Origin: the human T2T-CHM13v2.0 reference genome, Homo sapiens
Reading direction: 5' to 3' (one strand)
DNA: 64,000 nucleotides
NCBI RefSeq assembly: GCF_009914755.1
Contig: NC_060934.1
The notes beneath the pieces are model-generated. The model ran no database searches. It was not told the origin of the DNA and saw only the letters and a program-made list of their open reading frames with translations. The translations under genes and the position numbers were made by a program. Position 1 is the stretch's first letter; every line of letters begins with the position of its first letter. This document shows positions 17,013 to 27,191 of this stretch, piece by piece.

Positions 17013-17542
17013 GTATGTTTTATTTTTACAACCTAGATAATTACACATCATTTGGCACTGCCCTTCAACATACGTAGAAAACAGAAAATATATGAGTTCT
17101 GAAGATATCTAGGCACATTGAACAGTCTCTACTCAACTTAGTCCTGAAGAGAGAATTTTTGATGTGAACTGGGGGAAGTTTTTTAATGTACCACTTTTTA
17201 AATATTCCATTAAGAAAAGTTCAGTTGAGCTGTTTGACTTGAACCACTTTGCACCTTCTCATCTTTCTCCTTGTTATCTACTCCTCTATCCCATTATCTC
17301 ACAAACCAGGACATCGTGAGTGCCATGAAATGTTCATGCCTCACGGTTTTTCTTTGCTTCTCATTTCTTCATGTGTTTGACATTTCTCCTAGCTGCAAAC
17401 TGGGCCAGCTGCTTTCCCCATAAAATCTAGCGGTAGCTGTGGGGCGCATGCGGTTGCTCTTTCATCTTTTTAGATCACCCATTGCTTCTATCGAAATCCT
17501 AGTACATGTTTTTTTGGGTTTTTTTTTCTATCCTATGTGAAG

Positions 17543-17615
17543 AAATCAGAAAAAAAAGCATTCTACACAGAACTTTAAAGATGTTATTTCATTGAATACA
17601 TCAGGAATTTCAGAG
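17543..17615 (+). pseudogene. TANGO1 coiled-coil exon relic absent from NPIP mRNA
   Basis: KSEKKA...FKDVISLNTSGISE|gtatat versus recalled TANGO1 [24 protein letters not shown]. Length 73 nt implies a +1 frameshift. Confidence 0.78.
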
Positions 17616-17764
17616 GTATATGACGTACATTTGCAACAGGATTTGCATTGCATATTAGCCAAGAAGAGAACAAATATTTCATGTCTTAGAAGATTCAACT
17701 CATATGCGGTCTATATGGAATTCTTTGTGGGAATTCAGTCATTACTGAGAATGTTTTGTGTTAG

Positions 17765-17868
17765 GTTCCAACCAGCCTCAGTGAAGCTGGTGTCAGGGAA
17801 GGGAAAGTGGGCTCTGAGTAGAGCATGGATGGAAAAAAGATGCTCCACAGAAGATCAGGAAGGAGCAG
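17765..17868 (+). pseudogene. TANGO1 coiled-coil exon relic absent from NPIP mRNA
   Basis: ttag|VPTSLSEAGVREGKVGSE*...KDAPQKIRKEQ versus recalled [35 protein letters not shown]. Carries a stop, a -1 frameshift and a lost donor. Confidence 0.75.
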
Positions 17869-18054
17869 GGGGTGAAATGTTACAAATTCTTGAACTCAGA
17901 GAACTGAAGGTAGTTGCTTTCCTTTCAACCTGTGAAACATTTTAACCTGCGGTAAAATATGTATAACGTGATAATTACCATCTTAACCTTGTTGAAATGT
18001 ACAGTTCAGTTGTGTGAAATATATTCACATCATTGTTCAATTATTGTTTTCTAG

Positions 18055-18153
18055 ATGTCTTATCTCAAGTCTGTCTTACAGTCACAAAATGTCAATGACA
18101 GAACACGGATTTACAGGGGAAAGCCTGCAGGTCCAATAGCCGTAGCCAGGAAG
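18055..18153 (+). pseudogene. NPIP exon 3-like relic (99 nt)
   Basis: ctag|MSYLKSVLQSQNVNDR-(frameshift)-TDLQGKACRSNSRSQE G|gtatgc versus recalled NPIP [34 protein letters not shown]. Confidence 0.82.
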
Positions 18154-18317
18154 GTATGCTATCTGTCAGAGTCCCCATAGTGTGGAAATGAGTTTGCCCT
18201 TTTAAGGGAAAGAACAGCTTCTGGCCCTCAGGTTTCTCCCCGTCTCCTCTCTACACCCTAACCAAGGGCTCAGGTCCACTTATATGCACACGAATAGAAG
18301 GATTTTATCCTTTGCAG

Positions 18318-18456
18318 GAATTAAAATGGACCCAAAATACCTCTTTACATTATGGAGATCTACAGAAGCTAAAGTGCAAGCCAAAGTCCAAAAGGTGATG
18401 ATGAAGGTCAACAGTCATTGCGAAATCTCTGGGCAAAGAAAGACTGCCGAGGAAGA
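18318..18456 (+). pseudogene. NPIP exon 4-like relic (139 nt, open frame, phase 1 to 2)
   Basis: IKMDPKYLFTLWRSTEAKVQAKVQKVMMKVNSHCEISGQRKTAEE versus recalled NPIP [48 protein letters not shown]. Same codon count as TANGO1 QVKKLEDD...KVEILNELYQQKEMALQ. Confidence 0.85.
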
Positions 18457-19658
18457 GTAAGATGTTCACTGACACAAACACTGTTGTATGAACCATGTGC
18501 CAACCAAAGTAGACAACTGCAATGTCCCCGAGAATATTTTCCACAATATTTGTGGCAAATTCAGTGGGTGCAAAACTGAGCTTGTCCTTCCTGCTTGATT
18601 AATCTTCGTGTTTCCTTTCCCTTCCTACATTCTTGATTGTAATGTTTTAGGGGCAAGCGGAGGTCCAGGTACTGGCATTGTTAAATTCAATGCTTGGGTC
18701 ACCTCGGGATTCATTTTCACAGTCTTTTAGCTTTTGGTCATATGACATTGTATTTTTCCTGCCACATGACTAGTCTTTTTGGCTAAATGTAAGACACTCG
18801 TTAAAAATATTTAGCAATGAATTGAGGCCGACTAGCATGTTATCTTGCTGCAGAAAAGATGGGAGTCTATTTCTGGGGAATGGGCAGGGGTCCTAGCACA
18901 CCTAGACACCCTCCATACCATCCGCAATTGAGGTTATCAGTGAGGTTCAGTCCCTACAAAAGTCAGGGTGTTTCCTGTCCACCTCTATTCCTGGCGTGTG
19001 ACTCTTCTGGGTCCCAACCAAAGCCAGTGGACTTCAGTAGGGGTCACCGTCACTAGCAGACCCTCAGTCTACTTGTTTTCCATCTAGTCCTCCACATGGT
19101 GCAAAAGCTGCTCTGCTTCTTTACATCTCAGTTAGTCCCTTCTGAAATTCAGTGATGAAACTGAGGGAAATGAGCCCCAAATGTGAGGCTGACCCTCGTC
19201 CTGGGTTCCTTCTTCTCCATCTTGGCCTCATGTCTCTTTATTGCCATTTTAGCAATTTGGTGCTTTCAGTCATGGGTTTTAGATTCTGCCCCATGTCCCC
19301 ATTGCTCTCATGGGAGATCAGAAGCTTCACATGCACTCATGTCTACTCCAGAGCAGAATGCTTCCTTAGCTTCCCTCCAGGCTCAGGTTTTGTGTTTCTA
19401 GTTCCCAAGTTCACAGCAGGAGTAGTGATGTCCTCACTGGCTTCTCATTTGCGTTAAACTGTGAACTCCTTTAGGGTGGGGACAGGACCCTGCTCCCATT
19501 GCATCCTCTGCACCTCACAAGACACTCCTTGCTTCAGGCCACTCCAGACACCGTGTGCTGAAGGGTGCCCTGGGTGGTCAGAAACAAGTGCATGAACTTT
19601 CTCTTTGAAGTGTTTTTGTCCCTGTTTCCTAGAGTTCTTGGCATTTTACACGTCTTTC

Positions 19659-20898
19659 TTTCTTTCTTTTTTTTTCATATTAAACTTGTAGTTTTATTCA
19701 GGTTTGATTTTAACAAATGTGTCGGGGAGAGAGCCCTCAGGGAAGGGTAAAGCCCATGGGGGCAGGGCCTTCCCAGATGCCTGAGGAGGGGGCAGGTCCC
19801 CTCCCCTCTCCTCCTCTTCCCTCCCCATCTAAAGGGGTTTGGGGAGAGACACAGGCAGGCGAGGGGGCTGGTCCCCAGTCTGTTGGGTGGTGCTCAGGGT
19901 AAAGGGCTATGGGCAACAGGGGACCAGACCAAGGATGAGTGGGGAGGGCACAAGGACCATTTGCCAGAATCCACTGCTTTCTGATTCCAGATTGAATTAA
20001 AAAAAAAAAAAAAAAAAAAACTAAACCACAAGCAGCACCCACCCCCTTCTCCCCCACCAGGGCTGTAGTGTGAGGGGAGAAGAGGAGGGCAGCTTCACCA
20101 AGGCCACGGCTTTGCTCGCTCCTGGCCAAGGGAGCTAGGTGAAGGGCAGGGGCTCCCTGACAGATTGAGGGGGTGGGGAAAACCAAAATAAAACGTCAAA
20201 TAAATTGTGTAGGAGGAGTCCAGCCTAGGACCAGGCCAGAGCCAGGCCAGGCTGGGGGAGGGGGCCTCTGCAGGTTCGGAGGATCACTGCTGCCACCACT
20301 GCCACCTTGGGAGCCAGTTATTTTGCCATGGCCTTGATTGCAACAGCTGCCTCCTCTGTCATGGCAGACAGCACCGTGATCAGGATCTCTTCTCCACAGT
20401 CGTACTTCTGCTCAGTCTCCTTGCCAAGGTCTCCCTCAGGGAGACGAAGGTCCTCTGGTACCTCCCCGCTGTCCTGGAGCAGTGATAGGTACCCATCCTG
20501 GATGCCAATCAGCTGGAAGTCATTCCTTCTGATGTTGGGGACATCCATATTATGAGTTGACGGGCAGATATCTTCATATTTCTTCCCAGTAAAGATGTCA
20601 ATACCAACCAGATGGACCTTGGCGTGGCCGTGCTTGCCAGTCTTCGAAGCAGACATCTCCACGATCTTACATGGCCAGCCTTTGAGCACCACAAAGCCAT
20701 TCTTACGTAATGCTGAGCACTGCATTGGGAAGGTGGCTGAGGCCCCTGCATCTCCTGTCTCGAAGTCCAAATCATCTGCCATTTTAAGAGGCTTCGATTC
20801 CAACTGGCGCAAACGGCACTGACTCGACCCCGTCCGCTCGCCGCGAGCCCAACCGCTGCCTCCGAGCCCGCCGCCGCCGCCGCCGCCGCCTCTACCCA
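19659..20898 (-). pseudogene. EIF5AP4: Full-length EIF5A processed retrocopy (EIF5AL1-type; probably the copy named EIF5AP4)
   Basis: Intronless, with a GGC-rich 5'UTR, 3'UTR, AATAAA at 19693-19698 and a degenerate polyA tail at 19659-19675. The 19-bp TSD ggcattttacacgtctttc lies at 19640-19658 and 20899-20917. Gene symbol is from memory of the locus. Confidence 0.9.
20318..20782 (-). CDS. Intact 154-aa eIF5A-like ORF within the retrocopy
   Basis: [15 protein letters not shown]...AIKAMAK* with the hypusine-site Lys50 retained ([10 protein letters not shown]). Differs from recalled eIF5A-1 at R36W, T45A, K85R, R109P and I123T. Translation status unknown. Confidence 0.6.
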
Positions 20899-21769
20899 GG
20901 CATTTTACACGTCTTTCATATGAAATCAAGTATCAAGTGAGATTTTTAGAATCAGAACCATGAATCAAGTAGTGTGAGGCAACACAGCAAACCCACCTTT
21001 TTAGGCCATTTCCTTTTTTCTGCCCTCAGTCTCTGTGAAACAAACCTTGTTAAAGTCTCTGGACACCAGAGGATGGTTTGCAGTTGTCACCTATTTTCAG
21101 GACATAACACCCTGACTAAAGAGCCATTGGATCATTTCCAATTCAGTAGATGCACCCAGCACTCAGATTGGCCTTTTCTCTCAACCAGGATCTTTAAAGT
21201 CGATGAGAAGAGTTCCAGTCCTGAATCATGGACATGTGCAGTAGTGAACCGCAGGGCTAATGACAGCATGTCCTGGAAGGATCTCTCTGAGGCTGATTGT
21301 CTGGGTTCTGGCATCAGCCTCTGATGGAGAATCAGGTCTCCCTGTGGGAGGAGTCAGACGAGGAGTGATCCGCTGCTCCGTCCTTATGGGTTTAGTTGTG
21401 ATGAGCTGGTGAGGTCTGGTTTTCCACACTGAACTAAAATGAGCTTTCGCTATGTCAGGCAAAAGACTGATCCCAGAAGCACGCATAGCGCATCTCATAG
21501 AAGCTTTTAATAGTTCATATTTACTAAAGAGTAGGAATACAGAGCGATGAAGATGAGCTGGAAACGACAGGTGACTTGCCAGCAGGCCAGAATGTGCTTT
21601 TTCTTTGTCCCATGGAAGGTGTTAATTCTCTCTCCAGTTGTGAGGATCAGTTGGTTCATTTATGGGAAGGTTGTCAGGGGACCTTTGAATCACGGCCTTC
21701 AGATGCCACAAGGAATCCCACACAGGCCAGTGGATCACGTGCATGCATTTCTCTCCCTTCTCGACTCAG

Positions 21770-21871
21770 GAAGCTGAGAATGAAAGAACGTGAACGAGAA
21801 GAAAAGGAGAGGCGGCTGTCAGAGGTGGAAGAAACCATGAAATTGGCTCTAGAAAAAATACCCATCTGCAA
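21770..21871 (+). pseudogene. NPIP exon 5-like relic (102 nt)
   Basis: KLRMKEREREEKERRLSEVEETMKLALEKIPICK. 18/34 identity to recalled NPIP [34 protein letters not shown] and 14/34 ungapped to TANGO1 [34 protein letters not shown]. Confidence 0.87.
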
Positions 21872-22561
21872 GTGGGTTCAGAAACCGACACCAACCTCTT
21901 GGGGAAGCGCTGGTGGAGTGTTTTGTTTTAAATCTTTGTACAATCTTTAGACCCAGTTAACACAGAAATGGAAACAAATGGTCAGAAGCGATACCTAGAG
22001 AGAGAGACAATTCACACAAGAGAACACACGTACCTTAAGATTTACTAGTGTTCAAAACATGTGAAGTAGCCAAACATCTCCTGACTGCAATGCCAGCCAG
22101 ACTGTGTGGAAACTCGGTTCATACCAGCCGTTCTAGGGGTGATGCGAGTTGTCATCATCCTTAGGAAAGTGTGTTGTTGTAGGATCAACCCATCCTTCAA
22201 AAGGACTGTGCCTGTTTATAAGCTCAGCTGTTTCTGCCCTGTGAAATATGGCAAGGATATTAATTCCAGGAGAACAGAGCTTTATGATAAAAGATGCCCA
22301 ATGAAGCATGAATTAGGGACATACTGAAAATGGGTAAGGAAATTGTCAACTCAGAACCCAGCAGGCATTAAGTAAAAGAGGAGGAAGCATTACAGCAACA
22401 GTTTTGATCATACTGTACTTTTATAGCCATGTGAAATACATTTTCTATGTATAGATAGATTGTGTAAGGGTACAATTGTGAGGACAACAGGAACATGGCA
22501 GATTATTTAAAATCATACTAAAGATGATGCTTTGTCTGATGAAAGTGATTCTAAACCATAG

Positions 22562-22622
22562 ATAAACGATTCAAGACAGACAAGAGCTGCAGCAGTTGGT
22601 AGAGGACTCCTACAGATGAGAG
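22562..22622 (+). pseudogene. NPIP exon 6-like relic (61 nt, two stops)
   Basis: catag|*TIQDRQELQQLVEDSYR*E|gtaagg versus NPIP [20 protein letters not shown] and TANGO1 [20 protein letters not shown]. Confidence 0.78.
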
Positions 22623-22732
22623 GTAAGGAGCCTTCCTTCCTGCAGTTGCAGGATCCTTAAACGCTCATCAAGATGATGCCACTGCCCCTAGAATCTGTCA
22701 ACATACATTTTCTCATGTGTTGGCTTTTTCAG

Positions 22733-22770
22733 ATCGCCCCTTCTGCTGCAAGAAAGGCCTCAACAACTGG
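22733..22770 (+). pseudogene. NPIP exon 7-like relic (38 nt)
   Basis: ttttcag|IAPSAARK/KKGLNNW|gtaagt versus NPIP ITPSARKPLCNR(W) and TANGO1 IATHEKKAHENW. Carries a +2 frameshift. Confidence 0.8.
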
Positions 22771-22838
22771 GTAAGTTTGTTCATTTTTCCCTTGCTTTTC
22801 GGCCAAGTCGGGACATGGATGTATTTTTCTCCCCACAG

Positions 22839-22900
22839 CTCTGTGCTCAAGCCTTGCAGAGGGAGATGGCAGAGAGGAAGGCTGCCGGCAAGCAGCACAG
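22839..22900 (+). pseudogene. TANGO1 exon relic absent from NPIP mRNA (62 nt)
   Basis: ccacag|LCAQALQREMAERKAAGKQH|gtaggt versus recalled [23 protein letters not shown]. Confidence 0.72.
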
Positions 22901-23021
22901 GTAGGTGATTGTGATGGACAAATTTTAAGGATGTTTTTGTTTTAAGATGAAGCTTTGACTGTCTAGTAAAGAAAACAGTGTTTTAATTCTTCTACAAGTC
23001 AACTCTTTCACTGTCTTCAAG

Positions 23022-23116
23022 ACAGGAAATGATGGAAAAGCAGGGAGTGCTGGAGAGACACATGAGTCAGGAGGCAGCCCAGGGACAGCTAGGGCTAGAG
23101 AACCCTTTCTGGAGAG
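23022..23116 (+). pseudogene. TANGO1 exon relic absent from NPIP mRNA (95 nt)
   Basis: QEMMEKQGVLERHMSQEAAQGQLGLENPFWR G|gtagga versus recalled [34 protein letters not shown]. Confidence 0.68.
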
Positions 23117-23291
23117 GTAGGAGCTCTCTGGGAAGGCACCCACTTAACTTCTGCTCCACAATCCACACCCCTGCTTCTCCTTTCTGGGGTGAGGGCTTGG
23201 GTTGGGTAATTGTTATGTTTCCTGGAAACAGTTCCAAGCACTTACTAAAGAGAACAGTTATCCCGCTGGGTGGCAGGACCGTTTTTCTCAC

Positions 23292-23426
23292 GTGCCACAG
23301 CTGAATGACTCTTGGCTGGTCCCCTGTGAATAGCGGAGCACAGGCCCCTCCACTGACTGTGGACATCATTCCACCCTGATGTCTTGGTTACTTTTAACTG
23401 AGGGGATGAGCCTAGAAGGCAAATGG
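23292..23426 (+). pseudogene. TANGO1 proline-rich-domain exon relic absent from NPIP mRNA
   Basis: SPVNSGAQAPPLTVD...VTFN*GDEPRRQM G|gtcag versus recalled [36 protein letters not shown]. Confidence 0.78.
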
Positions 23427-25222
23427 GTCAGCTCCCCTTCCAACCTTGAGTCAGTGGGAAGGCTTTATTTTTTTTATTATTATTTGAGAAAAGTAACACT
23501 AATAACATTTTAGAATGGGAGCCATAAGTGCTGATGAGAGCAGAAATTTTCTGGCTATGTCTTCATGGATCAATATTTCTTCTTTTCTTAAAGAATCAGA
23601 AGACATAGCCAGAAAACAGAGAAGACAAAGGTAAATGCTGGAGTCATTTTCCCTCTGCCTAGTTCAGGACAGTTTTGTCTTTTCCTACAGCGCCCTCTCC
23701 TGGCCTGTCCTCTGCTCTCTGGGTTCTGTGGTGCCTTTTCTAACTGGACTTTTTTGAAAGCAAAATCTTCCCCATGAGCTTTCAGGCTTCTCCATTTCCA
23801 GCTGGTCATCTTTGGTGGCACCTCCAGAAGCCATAAATGCTTAAGGGCCAAGGGCTGCAGGGCTGTCACTGTTCTGTTTCCAGAAATAACATGAGAGGAT
23901 GCCATTGAACTCCACTGAGGTAGGTCTTATGGCCCAGTAGACCCTGACCGATCCCTTTTACTCAAGATGGTGTGGGATCCCCTTTCCAAAATATGTGGGG
24001 TTTCCTTTTTTTTTTTTTTTGCTGTGATTTTCTTTTCTGCTATGAGGTAAGTGATTAACCTTCAGAATATCTGCCGTAATCCCAGAAGTGAAAACTCATT
24101 GATCCAACATTAATATGTGCTTTGTGCAATTTTGAATGTTCTTTGGCAAAGTCAATTCCATAATTCATCACAGTCCCATCTCTGTTGTTAACTGTGTTGA
24201 GCAAAAACGCCCCCACCCTCACCCAGTGTTGCCCTTGATCTAATATTCTAAGTGTCAGAGGTTCCATATTTTAATAGAAAATGTGCCCTGGCTGTGAGGT
24301 AGTGGAGAGTGAACGTCACTCATTACCTACAGGGACAATTCTCAATGAAGGCCTTAAATGATGCTCAATTAAGCTGGTTCTCATGTGGCCTCTGTGTCTT
24401 CGACAGCTGCTGAATCCTCTGATCACACACGATGGGACTTGTACACTTGAAATCAAACATATTTTTAAAACTTCTGTTGTTGAGAATTCCCACCTCATTT
24501 TTCCATGGACAAAATTATTCTTTATGTCATAGTGCACTTAAAATTTGGTATTACCTAGAAGTTAAAGAAATATGATAACCGTGCCAAACTGCTATCTCTA
24601 GGTAAGATTATTCCGTCAGAAAACCCTCTCCCAGTTCCCCTGTAGCTCTTCAGGAATCCCCATCTCCCCATAGCTCTTTGTGCCCATGGATGGCGCTTCC
24701 AAAGTAGAGAAGACCGTTTGTCAAGAAGGGAAGCAGAAGGGGGACGAGAGGGTCTTGCAGGCAGAGCTGGAATCGACTTCCACTCTGCTTCTTGCAAGCT
24801 GTGTGATGCTAGGTGAAATTTCTCCTTCCTCTGGAGCCTCTATTTTCTTAGATTTGGAGCAGGGTGGTCACACTGACCTTGTAGATTTCTGAGAATCAGA
24901 GACAGCACATGAAAAGCCTGGAGGCCATTCTCTTAAGAGTAGCTGTGACTCATGTGTGGACAATGGGCTTTTCATGCTTCTGTTTCTCTCTGTTTATCTG
25001 ATGCAAGGAACATGCTCCGGTGATGATGGTGAGGGAGGAATTAGAATAGACATAGACACCCCTGTGTCAGAAACATGCTTCTTTATTACTGGGTTATGAC
25101 TCTGTCTTCCCAGGGACAGGCCCCAGCCTGCGTACATTTGCAGACAGAGTGGCGTGTGGGGATAGCAGTTTGTCCCCACGACTTTTCTTCACTCCCCTGC
25201 TGTTGGAAGGACTCAGTTGAAG

Positions 25223-25302
25223 GGACACTTTATGGCATTGATGCTGCCATTTTGAAACCTGGAGGAGGGAAAGGTGCAAGGGACTATCACCTGAGGCATA
25301 AG
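25223..25302 (+). pseudogene. Probable penultimate exon relic (80 nt, phase 1 to 0)
   Basis: Bounded by AG and GT, with the same codon count as TANGO1 PGSGTATMMNSS...VLDEGK but little residue identity. Followed by an 80-nt intron. Confidence 0.45.
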
Positions 25303-25382
25303 GTGCAGCTTGTGTTGGTTTTGGTGTTTTTGTGTCCATCATATTCATATATTTCAAAACATTTTCTCCTCCTGACTTGTAG

Positions 25383-26668
25383 GTCAATGTGGCTACAGGG
25401 AAGCCTCATCCTTTCTCAGAATGGCCCTACTTGCCCGATGTCATGGCTGGCCCTTCAGGACCATTGATGGGCTGCCAGCCGCCTCCTCTACCTGGGTGTT
25501 GTCTGGGAACTCAAACACTCCCTCCATCTGAAGGTTTTCTGGGACCTCAACAAACTCCTCCACTGGAGAGTCCTCTGGGAATTCAACCACCTCCACTCGA
25601 CTGTCCTCTGGGAACTCAGCCACCTCCTGCACTAGAGAGTCCCCTGAAAACTTAACCACCTCCTCCACTCGATTGTTCTCTGGGGCCTTATCCAGCTCCT
25701 GCAGCTGTCAGTCCTCCAGGACCTCATCCACCTACTGCAGCTGCCTGTCTTTCCGGACCTCATCCACCACCTGCGGCTGTCAATCCTCCAGGACCTCAAT
25801 CACCTGCTGCACCTGTTGGTCCTCCATGACCTCATTGACCCACGGCATGCATCTGACCTCATCCACCTCCTGCAGCTGTCAGTCCTCCGGGACCTCATTC
25901 ACCTCCTGCAGCTGTCGGTCCTCCGGGACCTCATCCACCTCTCGAAGCTGGTGGTCCTCCGGAACCTCATCCACCTCCTGCAGCTGGTGGTCCTCCGGGA
26001 CCTCATCCACCTTTTGCAGCTGTTGGTCTTCCGGGACCTCATTCACCTCCTGCAGCTGTTGGTCCTCTGGGACTTCATCCACACCCTGCAGCTGTAGGTC
26101 TTCTGGGACCTCATCCACCTCCTGCAGCTGTTGGTCCTCTGGGACCTCATCCACCTCCTGGAGCTGTAAGTCTTCTGGGACCTCATCAACATGCTACATG
26201 TGTCTGTCTTCCGGGACCTCATCCACCTCCTACAGCTCTTGGTCCTCCCAGACCTCATCCACGTCCAGCATGTGTCTTCCCTCCAGGACCTCATCCATCT
26301 TTTATAGCTGCCTTCCTCTAGGACATCATTTACCTTTTTGTTCTGTGAGGCCTCTGGGACCTCCGACTACATCTCCACTTAGTAACCTCTGGATCCTCAG
26401 CCACCCCTTCTACCTGGGTGGCGTCTGGCCCCTCAATAACCACCTTCACATGAATCTCCTCGGTTACTTCAATAATCTCCATTTGTGGTCCCTGGGACTT
26501 CAGCCACTTCCTCCACCAGGGTCTCCTCTAGTACATCTGCCACCTCCTCCACTTGGCTGGCCTCTGCTATCTGAACTCCTCCAGGACCTCAACCAGCTCC
26601 CCTACCCATTGTTGCCTGTAGGACCTCGACCACGACCTCCACATGTACTACTTGGTATATTTATCTGA
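25383..26668 (+). pseudogene. Terminal proline-rich exon (NPIP exon 8 / TANGO1 PRD homologue) containing the repeat array
   Basis: tgtag|VNVATGKPHPFSEWPYLPDVMAGPSGPLMGCQPPP versus TANGO1 [35 protein letters not shown] and NPIP [36 protein letters not shown]. In-frame stops at 25653, 25827, 25836, 25854 and 26319. Confidence 0.82.
25506..26320 (+). repeat. 36-bp tandem repeat (minisatellite), consensus ~GGACCTCATCCACCTCCTGCAGCTGTTGGTCCTCYG
   Basis: About 17 units from 25719 to 26320 (one shortened to 27 nt), about 6 related 33-36-nt units upstream, and degenerate units to ~26640. Confidence 0.93.
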
Positions 26669-26882
26669 ACAGTATGAACTGAGTTGCAAAATGGATTCAT
26701 CTTTCCCTTTCTGAATGAATAGAAATGTTACAGATTGTACTGCAGGGCTTTGCACTGGCTGAGGATGTGGTCACTTTGCTCAAGTTTCTGAGAGTACAAG
26801 TCAGTTGCATTATTTCCTCATCATGACCTTGGCAGAAGGTATCTTCTGTAGATGAGGAAAGAGTTTTTTTTCATTTTAAGGG

Positions 26883-27191
<309 letters not shown>

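Noticed and set aside
20783-20929. 49-aa N-terminal extension of the eIF5A ORF (203-aa track call)
   Set aside because: Starts at TTG outside the TSD and reads through the copied 5'UTR; a chance open frame.
25441-26294. Minus-strand acidic repeat ORFs (EVDEVPEDQQLQ, EVVEFPEDS)
   Set aside because: Antisense shadows of the 36-bp array. They are broken by stops, and the splice sites and protein homology are on the + strand.
25506-26320. CRISPR-like appearance of the 36-bp repeats
   Set aside because: Units are head-to-tail with no unique spacers, the context is human, and there are no cas genes.
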